Positions 18,039 to 26,159 of a DNA stretch of 64,000 nt are shown here, one piece after another (position 1 is the first letter of the stretch; each line of letters starts with the position of its first letter). Position numbers and translations under genes: made by a program. The notes under the pieces are model-generated. The model was not told the origin of the DNA. It did no database searches and saw only the letters and a program-made list of their open reading frames with translations. Source of the DNA: Candidatus Sysuiplasmataceae archaeon (lineage in GTDB: Archaea > Thermoplasmatota > Thermoplasmata > Sysuiplasmatales > Sysuiplasmataceae). The stretch is taken from contig JBJKPR010000011.1 of the NCBI GenBank assembly GCA_046706185.1, forward strand, positions 27,150 through 91,149, given 5' to 3'.

Positions 18039-18204
18039 CCTGTGTGGTTGAAAAATGCACTCATCACGAGAAAGCAGCTGGGCCAACTGAGGAGGACGAG
18101 AGAATATCGCAGATGAATATGCCATGCCGTCAATTCGCCTGGGCGCCCAGATCCTCGGCTGTGGCTTCTTCCTCCGCGTTTACTTTCGGCGGTCCTCGAA
18201 TGAT

Positions 18205-18222
18205 TAAACCATAGATGGTTTA
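18205..18222. promoter_or_regulatory. Perfect palindrome TAAACCAT-AG-ATGGTTTA upstream of the trmB-like gene (candidate operator)
   Basis: It has 8-bp arms and a 2-bp spacer. It lies about 26 nt upstream of the TATA box at 18248..18258 in an AT-rich intergenic region. Confidence 0.35.
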
Positions 18223-18247
18223 TTTTTCTTGCCGATTAATTGAGTTG

Positions 18248-18258
18248 TATAAATATAA
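18248..18258 (+). promoter_or_regulatory. TATA box for the TrmB-family regulator gene
   Basis: TATAAATATAA lies 28-38 nt upstream of the TTG at 18286. Confidence 0.45.
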
Positions 18259-18285
18259 GAATGGCATTTAGTAAACAAACCAGGT

Positions 18286-19173
18286 TTGCATTACTTTCCC
18301 TGGTCTCAGGTCGTGCGGCGAGTGGAGGCCACTTCAAAAGAGACAGCCGATGTGTTCAAGAGGCTCGGTTTGACGAAGTATGAGATATCAATCCTGCTTG
18401 CCCTCATAGCCAACGAAGGGTCTCCCATGGATTACAGGGACCTGCTTGCAGATACAGACGTTCCCTACGGTCGTGTACATTCAGTGCTTCTGCGACTTGA
18501 GGAAAAGGGTCTGGTGACCGGCATTGGCGGCAGGCCAAAACGGTACGCCGCAAAGCCGATCGGTGCGATGATAGAGGATTACATAACAACGCCTGTACTC
18601 GAAAGCCTGATTGCTGCCCAGAATTCCCCGGACAACCAGTTCAGGGACGTCTGGATAAAGCAGGTCTCCTCCCATGTTCCTGTGATACGCGTCGATGAGG
18701 TAAACGGTGGTGCCGAACTCGAGTTCATCACAGGCGTGGATAACCTGAGAAGGAGGGAGTACGACGAGGCGCAGAAAGCGCGCAACTCACTGCACCTGTG
18801 CCTTCCGGCCTCGGCTTTCCTTGACAGGAGAAGGTCTGTGCCCCTCAGAATTGGCGATGATGTCAGGACAGAGATAATAACATCCCTGAGCCCGAAGCAG
18901 TTCCTCCATCGAATGCCGTCCGATGAGAGAGCGAGGTGGCAGCAGACAGTAACAGGCAATGGTGACCTGATGCGGACAGCGTACTACAGTCATCCGAAGG
19001 TGAATGAGAGGATGCTTATCGTCGATGGCAGATTTGCATCGATCGGCACTTCACTCATACCTGTCACTGCCCACATATATTCAAAGAGCATGTGCAAGGC
19101 GCTTCTCGAAAGGTTTGAGGCGCTGAAGCAGGGTGCAAAGAAAATTTACCTCGGTGCAGCAAGTTACTCCTGA
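18286..19173 (+). CDS. TrmB family transcriptional regulator
   Basis: LGLTKYEISILLALIANEGSPMDYRDLLADTDVPYGRVHSVLLRLEEKGLVTGIGGRPKRYAAKP is a TrmB-type wHTH, followed by a C-terminal TrmB-like effector region. The ORF uses a TTG start. Confidence 0.8.
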   Translation: MHYFPWSQVVRRVEATSKETADVFKRLGLTKYEISILLALIANEGSPMDYRDLLADTDVPYGRVHSVLLRLEEKGLVTGIGGRPKRYAAKPIGAMIEDYITTPVLESLIAAQNSPDNQFRDVWIKQVSSHVPVIRVDEVNGGAELEFITGVDNLRRREYDEAQKARNSLHLCLPASAFLDRRRSVPLRIGDDVRTEIITSLSPKQFLHRMPSDERARWQQTVTGNGDLMRTAYYSHPKVNERMLIVDGRFASIGTSLIPVTAHIYSKSMCKALLERFEALKQGAKKIYLGAASYS

Positions 19174-19464
19174 GACAGCTTCCTGCCCTCGCCATTCACC
19201 GGTCCGCTGCAGGGATGAAGGAAAGGAGAATAGTGCTGCCACCGCATGCACAGCAGGCATCCGTCAGGGAGAGACAGCCGACTTCGATTGATGTCACTTT
19301 CCTACGACTTTCAGACAGGGCTATTGAAGATGCCTGATAAGGAAAACATGAGCCCTGTGCATTACGTTGCGTTACAATCACGGAGCATATAAACAGTGTG
19401 CCTCACATGTTGAGCTTTCGATATTTCTAGAACAGAGTTAATCCCTTCACAAAGGTGAGCGAAA

Positions 19465-20196
19465 ATGGCATTCGTAGACGACTTGGGCCTGCAGCTTATC
19501 CTGATCGGCCTCGTTGCTCTGACGATATTCTATGTCGGAGCGAGGACCTACATCAGGTACAGGTCAGGTGGAACAGACAAGGCAACGAATGAGTTGAAAT
19601 CAAGTGCACCTATGATCGGCATATTCGGTTTCGTGGTGCTTCTGCTCGGTTTGTTTGGAGAATTTGCATGGCCTCTTTTCACTGGCACTGCCGGTGTGAA
19701 GTACAACATTCTCTTCTACGACCCGACTGTTCTCTTCGGAATCATACTCATAGGTTTTGCGTTCTCACTTGCTTTCAACCTGAAGACGCAGTATGTCGGA
19801 CTGTTTGCATTGGCAGCCGGCCTCGTAACCATATTCTATGGTGTCAACGGTTACAACCTGGGCATGACAAATGAACCAATCGGACTCCTTGGCCTCTATG
19901 TGGCGTTCGGCGGCGCAGGGCTATTCACATATCCGATGACACTTCTGATAGACAAGGTTGTTGCAGCGAAGTCGATTCCATCGGGAACAACCGAGAAGAA
20001 GGAAATAGGCATACCGGCCGGCACAGTGATGGTTGCGGCACACGCGCAGAAGGTAGTTGGCCAGGCGAAGTTCAGGCTTGGAATGACATCGAATGTCACT
20101 TTCCTGCTGTTCCTTCTGTTCATGATTGGCGCAGCGGCTATCGCATTCTATATCGGTCTCGAGGCAATACCGAGGCACCTGGCAAGCGCACCCTGA
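19465..20196 (+). CDS. Multi-pass integral membrane protein (possibly DUF981-like)
   Basis: It has about 6-7 hydrophobic helices and an ATG start. The family name is from memory and uncertain. Confidence 0.65.
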   Translation: MAFVDDLGLQLILIGLVALTIFYVGARTYIRYRSGGTDKATNELKSSAPMIGIFGFVVLLLGLFGEFAWPLFTGTAGVKYNILFYDPTVLFGIILIGFAFSLAFNLKTQYVGLFALAAGLVTIFYGVNGYNLGMTNEPIGLLGLYVAFGGAGLFTYPMTLLIDKVVAAKSIPSGTTEKKEIGIPAGTVMVAAHAQKVVGQAKFRLGMTSNVTFLLFLLFMIGAAAIAFYIGLEAIPRHLASAP

Positions 20197-20355
20197 TCAG
20201 TTCTGGAAAGGGTCCAAACCTCTTCCCCAAATCACTTAACCTCCACTTTTCTGCAGCTTCAGGGGACTGCCTCACTTTCAAATGCTCTCCCACGTCTGGC
20301 AGTGCAGAGGTGCTCATGACAGCTGACTTTGGTATGCACTGTGTGGGCCGAAGGT

Positions 20356-21522
20356 TCATTGGGGTGCGGATGCAAGCTCGGCTCCCTTGGCGAGCGCCTC
20401 AAGCTTCTGCAGACCTATGGAGTACGGCACGTTGTGGAAATTGGCGAACGTCTGGAAGCCGCAGTCGGTGCCGCCCAATATCCTTTCTGGACCGATGCCT
20501 GAGATCGACGCGAACCGCTCCAGCCTCGCTGCAACAGTCTCTGGCGTCTCGAGGAATGGTGTCTTCACATCGATCACGCCGACTGCATACTTGAGCCTGG
20601 AGGGCCAGCCATGTTCCTTCACGTATCTTCGAACTGTGATTGAGTCGCCCTCATGCCTTGGGTTGGCTGCCTCGCCGACGACTGTTCCTGCCTTGAGCCT
20701 CAGGACCTCCGGCAGGACGCGTGAGAAGTCAGCGTCGAATTTGTGCGAACCAAGATAGTTGCCGTAACAGTAGTGGACCCTGATCCTGTCCTGAGGCAGT
20801 CCTGATATTGCCTCGTTGATGGCATCAACATGATGAGGCAGGGCATCGTAGAAATCCATGTTCCAGTCGCCAGCAAGGTGCTTGGCCATTGCAAGGTCGG
20901 GCGCATCTATCTGCAGGTTTATCCCGTCCACCTCAAGTATTGTCCTGTATTCCTTCCTCAGCTCCTTCGCAATGCTGAAGAGATAGTCCAGGTGGTCCCC
21001 GTACACACCGCTTATCGGGAAAAACATCGTCATTACGCCTGGCGATGCAGAGTTGAGGAATATTTCTGGTGCCCCCTCCTCCTTTGCCAGCCTGACAGCG
21101 TCCCTCGCTTCGCTCTTTGCCAGTTCCCCGCCCGTGTACTGGAGTTTGTCCAAGATCCTGGGTGCGGAAAACGCGGCTGCGGCCGCCTCGCTCCTGAGAA
21201 TTGCAAGCATGGAAGGATTGCTCTCCTCCATCTCAACAGCCATGTCTGCGGAAAAGGCCATGCTTACCCTCTCGCTGTCCGAAAAACCGCTGAACCTGTT
21301 TGCTAGATACTGAGTGTAGCCTGCCTTTCTCTGCTCCCCGTTGCTTACTGCATACAGCCCGTGAGGAGCGCCGTTTGGATGGAGCTGATCCCTGATTGCA
21401 CGCCTCTCCGCGGCTTCGATAACCTTGCTGTGAGAACTCTCTATTTCACCATTGGGCGGGAGCAGTTGGACGATGTCATCAGGCCTGAACCAGCTGCCTG
21501 TCATAGTTGTCCTTATCGACAT
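20356..21522 (-). CDS. Cobalamin-independent methionine synthase-like (MetE C-terminal/UROD-fold) protein
   Basis: TMTGSWFRP is at the N-terminus. IRVHYCYGNY (H-x-C) and GGTDCGF fit the MetE-family zinc-ligand pattern. Confidence 0.7.
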   Translation of the reverse strand: MSIRTTMTGSWFRPDDIVQLLPPNGEIESSHSKVIEAAERRAIRDQLHPNGAPHGLYAVSNGEQRKAGYTQYLANRFSGFSDSERVSMAFSADMAVEMEESNPSMLAILRSEAAAAAFSAPRILDKLQYTGGELAKSEARDAVRLAKEEGAPEIFLNSASPGVMTMFFPISGVYGDHLDYLFSIAKELRKEYRTILEVDGINLQIDAPDLAMAKHLAGDWNMDFYDALPHHVDAINEAISGLPQDRIRVHYCYGNYLGSHKFDADFSRVLPEVLRLKAGTVVGEAANPRHEGDSITVRRYVKEHGWPSRLKYAVGVIDVKTPFLETPETVAARLERFASISGIGPERILGGTDCGFQTFANFHNVPYSIGLQKLEALAKGAELASAPQ

Positions 21523-21607
21523 AAATATCCAGACTGGGAAATGACAGACAGTTATTACTTGTTTGGACAGATATTATTCCGTTCGTAATATGCACATGCG
21601 GGGAAAG

Positions 21608-22489
21608 TTATGAGTTTCGGGCCCATACAGAGTTCAGGAATCCGGCAACTTCGGACATGTATTTTTCCCTCTCTTCCCACATTGGCAGATGTGAGCTTCC
21701 TGCAAACAGGGCAAGCTTCGAGCCTTTGATGCCCCTGTGTATCTGCTTCGCGACCTTCGGCGTCACCTCGTCATACCTTCCCCCGGTGACGAGCGTCGGG
21801 ACGTTTATCCTGTGAAGCTCCCGGCTGACATCCCAGTACCTTATATTCCCCACAATTGTGAATTCGTTTGGACCGTTCATTGTTCCGTATACAGGAGTGC
21901 TTGTGTGCTCAAGGCTGTACTTCAATTCAGGGGGCCATTCCTTCAGCCTGCACAGGTGCTTTCTGTAGAAGACATCCACCGCCCTGAGGTACTCTGTGTT
22001 TGTGTATTCCCCTTCCGCCTCATACTTCCTGAGCGTCGCCTGCACATCAGAAGGCAGCCCCTTCTTCAGCCTCTCCATCTCGCTTATTGTGAGCGGAACG
22101 CTGGCAAGGCCGCCTGCCGTGATCATGCTCCTGAGGTTGCGCTGATACTTCAGTGCGTATGCTATTGCAAGCAGTCCGCCGTAGCTTGAACCGAAGAGAT
22201 GCATCCGTCCGAGGGACATCTTCCTTCTGAATATCTCCAGATCCTCCACCGCTCTTTCTATGGTCAGGAGCGCCTGGTTCTTGGGAAGCTGCGACCTGCC
22301 GCATCCAAGCTGATCGTAGAAGATTACAGTGTATCCGTGCTCGGCAAGGTCTGCAAGGGGCAGCAGGTAATCATGTGTGGCTCCAGGACCGCCGTGAAGA
22401 CAAACCACATTTCCGCGCCTGTTCTCTCTCCCGAACAGCTTGTAGTAGAAGTCATGCCCCTGAACATCCACGTACCCCTCTTCGGCCAT
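21608..22489 (-). CDS. Proline iminopeptidase (alpha/beta hydrolase, tricorn-interacting factor F1-like)
   Basis: VCLHGGPGATHDYLLPLADL...VIFYDQLGCGRSQ and the nucleophile elbow GSSYGG are present. I prefer ATG 22489 to 22558, because the longer form overlaps the upstream gene by 22 nt. Confidence 0.8.
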   Translation of the reverse strand: MAEEGYVDVQGHDFYYKLFGRENRRGNVVCLHGGPGATHDYLLPLADLAEHGYTVIFYDQLGCGRSQLPKNQALLTIERAVEDLEIFRRKMSLGRMHLFGSSYGGLLAIAYALKYQRNLRSMITAGGLASVPLTISEMERLKKGLPSDVQATLRKYEAEGEYTNTEYLRAVDVFYRKHLCRLKEWPPELKYSLEHTSTPVYGTMNGPNEFTIVGNIRYWDVSRELHRINVPTLVTGGRYDEVTPKVAKQIHRGIKGSKLALFAGSSHLPMWEEREKYMSEVAGFLNSVWARNS

Positions 22490-22536
22490 GCGGGTCAATC
22501 GCCAGATGTTTACAAAAAGCTGCCGGAAGAGCCTGC

Positions 22537-23538
22537 TCACATTGTCTTGTTGACCCATACGTCGGGAGCAGACTTCGTTATCTCAAGCGGAAGCCTGTAT
22601 GTTGGCTGCTGTGGTCCGATTTCCTTTGCCCAGAGCACCATTTCGGCCAGGCCCTCCTCAAGCGTGTGTGTGTTCTTGTAGCCTAGCAGTTTTTCAGATT
22701 TCTCTGTAGTGCTGTACGCTATGGTTACTTCCTGGGGCCTGGCCGGCACATGCTCCGGCCTCTGTTCCGACGCCATTATACTCAGCACTGTTGAACAGGC
22801 CTCGTTGATCGTCACCTTCTCAGGGCTGCCGACGTTTATTATCTGGTTCCTGGCTGCCTCATGGAAACCTGCGTTTGCTATCGCACTGGTGGATTCCTCA
22901 ACGTAGGAGAATGCACGGACCTGGTTTCCGGAGCCGTATATTATCGGGTGCTTGTTGGTCATCAGCCTGTTTATCCAGATGCCGAGAACATTTCTGAACG
23001 GGTCGGCAATGTTCTGCTTCGGACCGTACACGTTATGCGGCCTGATGATGGTGTAGTCCAGGCCGTGGGCGGCACTGAAAATCTCGAGCATGTTTTCACA
23101 GTACGCCTTGCCTGCGCCATACGGGTCCTCCGGCATCCTTGGCATCTCCTCGCTGAATGGGGCCTTCTGGTTGCCATATACCGCCATGGATGATGTGAAG
23201 ACAAAGCGTTCGACCTCGTTGTTCACCGCGGCAACAAGGAGGTTGTTCATCGGCTTTATGTTGATGTCATTAATCGCGATTGGCGAAAAGACAGACTGCC
23301 CCTCGGCGGCGTAGGCAGCCAGATGATATACTATGTCCACCCCCTTCACCACGCGGTTGACGAGCGAGGTGTCTCTCAGGTCGCCTTTGACGAAGTTGCA
23401 CTCGCGGCTCACGTTGCTCATGTAGCCACCGGAAAGGTCGTCGACTGCAGTCACACTGTGGCCCCTCCGTATCAGTTCCTCCACAAGCCATGAACCCATG
23501 AACCCGGCTCCGCCCGTGACGAGTATGTTTTTGCCCAT
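22537..23538 (-). CDS. NAD-dependent sugar epimerase/reductase (extended SDR)
   Basis: ILVTGGAGFMGSWL is a Rossmann motif, TSSMAVYG and YGAGK (YxxxK) are present, and there is no TDE dehydratase motif. Confidence 0.8.
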   Translation of the reverse strand: MGKNILVTGGAGFMGSWLVEELIRRGHSVTAVDDLSGGYMSNVSRECNFVKGDLRDTSLVNRVVKGVDIVYHLAAYAAEGQSVFSPIAINDINIKPMNNLLVAAVNNEVERFVFTSSMAVYGNQKAPFSEEMPRMPEDPYGAGKAYCENMLEIFSAAHGLDYTIIRPHNVYGPKQNIADPFRNVLGIWINRLMTNKHPIIYGSGNQVRAFSYVEESTSAIANAGFHEAARNQIINVGSPEKVTINEACSTVLSIMASEQRPEHVPARPQEVTIAYSTTEKSEKLLGYKNTHTLEEGLAEMVLWAKEIGPQQPTYRLPLEITKSAPDVWVNKTM

Positions 23539-23571
23539 TGGTCAACCCGGATGCCATTATTGCAGTGCCTG

Positions 23572-23577
23572 TTTAAA
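23572..23577 (-). promoter_or_regulatory. TATA-like box for epimerase gene 22537..23538
   Basis: TTTAAA lies 34-39 nt upstream of ATG 23538 on the minus strand. Confidence 0.3.
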
Positions 23578-23696
23578 CAGTATGCCTATGCAGCAGCAGA
23601 ACCCCTCTGGTCATCAAAATAATGACATGTTGATGCTTCTATCACCATATAGGAAGTAGGAAACCGATTTAGCACCCATCGTCCAGATCACGAAAT

Positions 23697-24764
23697 ATGA
23701 AAGGGGTCATCCTGCATGGTGGAAGGGCAAACGGCCTCAGTTCCCTTGCCTACAGCGAGGTTCAGCAGCTCCTGCCAGTTGCGGGAAAACCGATAAGCGA
23801 ATATGCGCTACAGAGCCTCGTGGATGCCGGTGTGACGGAGATAAACATAATTGTCGGCAACGCGGGCGCGGAGGAGGTGATAGGCTACTTCGGAGACGGC
23901 AGGAAATGGGGAGCGCATATCACATACACGAGCCAGGAGAGGCCGGAAGGTATTGCCCAGGCAGTTGGATTGGCGGAGAGGTTCGTCGGCAATGAACCAT
24001 TTGTTGTCTATCTTGGAGACAACATGCTTCAGGGAGGCATTACAGGGCTTGTAAGGAAGTTTTCAGAGAGTTCCATGGATGCGCTCCTTGTCGTCAACAG
24101 AGTGCCTGACCCGGAAAGATACGGCGTCGCAGAGATCGTGGATGGAAGGATCGTAAGGCTCCTCGAAAAACCGAAGGAGCCGCCATCTGACAGGGCGCTT
24201 GTAGGCGTTTACTTCCTGAGGCCAAACGCCTTCAGGGCAATAGAGAGGGTCCATCCATCGGCGAACGGTGAATATGAGCTGACGGACGCATTGCAGATGA
24301 TGATCGACGAAGGACTGGATATCGGTTACCAGGAGATCAGCGGGTGGTGGAAGGACACAGGCACGATGGAGGATCTTATTGACGCAAACAGGCTCGTGCT
24401 CGATGGAGTGGAAGCTGAGATCAGGGCTGTGGGCAACCAGGGGCGTGTGTCAGGAAGGGCAAGGATAATGGAGGACGTCAGGATAGACGGAGGCTCCGTT
24501 GTGATGGGCCCGTGCTACATAGGGAGGGACACAAGGCTTGTCAACGCATTCATCGGCCCCTATACAAGCATAGGGAGCAACTGCAGTATAGAAGGAGTGG
24601 AGATAGACGACTCGATCGTAATGGACAGGTGCAGGATCGAGGGAAACGGCTTCACAAAAATAAGCGAGAGCCTCATAGGGACAGGCAGCGACGTTGTCAA
24701 GGGAAACGGCGTAAGAAAGTCAACAAAACTACTGGTGGGAAGGAATTCAAAGGTAGAGCTGTGA
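23697..24764 (+). CDS. Sugar-1-phosphate nucleotidyltransferase (long RmlA/GlmU-like form with C-terminal left-handed beta-helix), atypical N-terminal motif
   Basis: MKGVILHGG...LLPVAGKPISEYAL...YLGDN...EKP...WWKDTG is a nucleotidyltransferase fold. The C-terminus has hexapeptide-like repeats. The stop overlaps the next ATG (GTGATG). Confidence 0.75.
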   Translation: MKGVILHGGRANGLSSLAYSEVQQLLPVAGKPISEYALQSLVDAGVTEINIIVGNAGAEEVIGYFGDGRKWGAHITYTSQERPEGIAQAVGLAERFVGNEPFVVYLGDNMLQGGITGLVRKFSESSMDALLVVNRVPDPERYGVAEIVDGRIVRLLEKPKEPPSDRALVGVYFLRPNAFRAIERVHPSANGEYELTDALQMMIDEGLDIGYQEISGWWKDTGTMEDLIDANRLVLDGVEAEIRAVGNQGRVSGRARIMEDVRIDGGSVVMGPCYIGRDTRLVNAFIGPYTSIGSNCSIEGVEIDDSIVMDRCRIEGNGFTKISESLIGTGSDVVKGNGVRKSTKLLVGRNSKVEL

Positions 24765-25834
24765 TGCACGGCAGTGCGGAGGAGGGCAGGCTGCATCGGC
24801 TGCGCGAGAACAATGAGACTGATGCATACAAAAGGCCGCTTTTTTCAGTGATACTGATTGCATTCGACAGACAGAACTACATCTCAGGTGCCTTCCGCTC
24901 GATTGTCTCGCAGACGCTGGACAGTTCGCTGTATGAGATCATTGTGATCAAGAACTTTCCGAACGCAATGATAGACGGATGGACCGGCGCTCCTTCAGTC
25001 AGGGTCGTCCAGTCCCCCTCCCCCTCAATCGGTGAATCATATTCAGAGGGTGTGCGCATCTCTGGCGGGAGGATAATCTGTTTCCTTGACGACGACGATG
25101 AATTCGAGCCTGACAGGCTCGAACGCATACAGGAGCTGTTTTCCACAAGGAAGGGGCCAGTCTACTACCATAACCAGAGGACGGTGGTGGATGAGGATGG
25201 AAGGGCAATAAGGAACAGATGGGCCTCGTCCCTTGCCGGAAACCAGGGCGTGGACATCATCGAAGTGGGGCCAAGTGAAGTTGCAGAGAGCTCGCTCCCT
25301 GCCACCTTTGAAGCGTATTTCAATGAAAGCTCCATGGCCCTGAGCCGTGAAGTGCTGGAGGGGCACCTGGGGGAGCTGGAAAGCGCACCTACCCTGATAG
25401 ACATATTCATGGTATGCACGGCAGTCGCGGAGAAGGCCACCTTCGTTCTTGACAGCAGGAGGACGACAAGATACAGGGTGCATGGCAACCAGGTTTCCGG
25501 CTGGTCCAGCGGGAAGTTTTCCGACCCTTCCATAAACGAGGAGAACTCGGTAATAAGGAAACACATAGATGTTGAGAGGAGCTGCATGCAGCTTGTCAGG
25601 GGCACGTTCACGGAGCAGATATTCATGAGAAGCCTTCCAAGGCTCGTGCTCACAAACCAGCTCTACTTCTCGAGCAGGAAGGAGACTGGAAGGATGCTCA
25701 GAAATATGTATGCATACCTGAGGCGGAGGAACGCGTCAGACGTGCCTGACATGCTCCTGCTTGCGTTCCTCTCCTTCACATACTCCATATCACGCCTCCT
25801 TCCCAGGAAGGTGGCAGGCATGCTGAGAAGATAG
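24764..25834 (+). CDS. GT2 family glycosyltransferase
   Basis: FSVILIAFDRQNYISGAFRSIVSQT...FLDDDDEFEPDRL is present. ATG 24764 shares its A with the TGA of the upstream gene. The track ORF start at 24512 overlaps that gene and is rejected. Confidence 0.8.
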   Translation: MHGSAEEGRLHRLRENNETDAYKRPLFSVILIAFDRQNYISGAFRSIVSQTLDSSLYEIIVIKNFPNAMIDGWTGAPSVRVVQSPSPSIGESYSEGVRISGGRIICFLDDDDEFEPDRLERIQELFSTRKGPVYYHNQRTVVDEDGRAIRNRWASSLAGNQGVDIIEVGPSEVAESSLPATFEAYFNESSMALSREVLEGHLGELESAPTLIDIFMVCTAVAEKATFVLDSRRTTRYRVHGNQVSGWSSGKFSDPSINEENSVIRKHIDVERSCMQLVRGTFTEQIFMRSLPRLVLTNQLYFSSRKETGRMLRNMYAYLRRRNASDVPDMLLLAFLSFTYSISRLLPRKVAGMLRR

Positions 25835-26159
25835 TGCCGCGCAACAATCCGCCCTTGGACAGCATACTGCACGGCAAGTAGCCTACTTACTGTCTATTCC
25901 CATCCTTTATCACATACCGCCCCGTATTCAGCTGATTGTATTGAACGAAAAACGGAGCACACTGGCAGATGGTGGAAACGTGAGCGTGTCAGCTGTTGCG
26001 GACTTCGGATTCCTTGGCCAGGTACTGCCCCGGCAGGACGGTAGCCTGTCAGCGGATGCCGTATTCGGCTCGAGCGACAGCGTGATTGCCTCAGGGCCGG
26101 TGCAGGTCCGTTTCACCAACAGACTGCCCTGGACGTCGCTGCAGGGGGGTTGACGGGGA

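Noticed and set aside
17853-18133. The extension of ORF 17418..18125 and the separate ORF 17915..18133 on the minus strand.
   Set aside because: Both run across the tRNA-Asn gene (17967..18038). The Lrp domain starts at ATG 17852, which has its own TATA box.
24512-24763. The N-terminal 84-aa extension of the GT2 ORF in the track (24512..25834).
   Set aside because: It lies entirely inside the nucleotidyltransferase gene in another frame and is Lys/Arg/Gln-rich low complexity. ATG 24764, overlapping the upstream TGA, gives a normal GT2 N-terminus.
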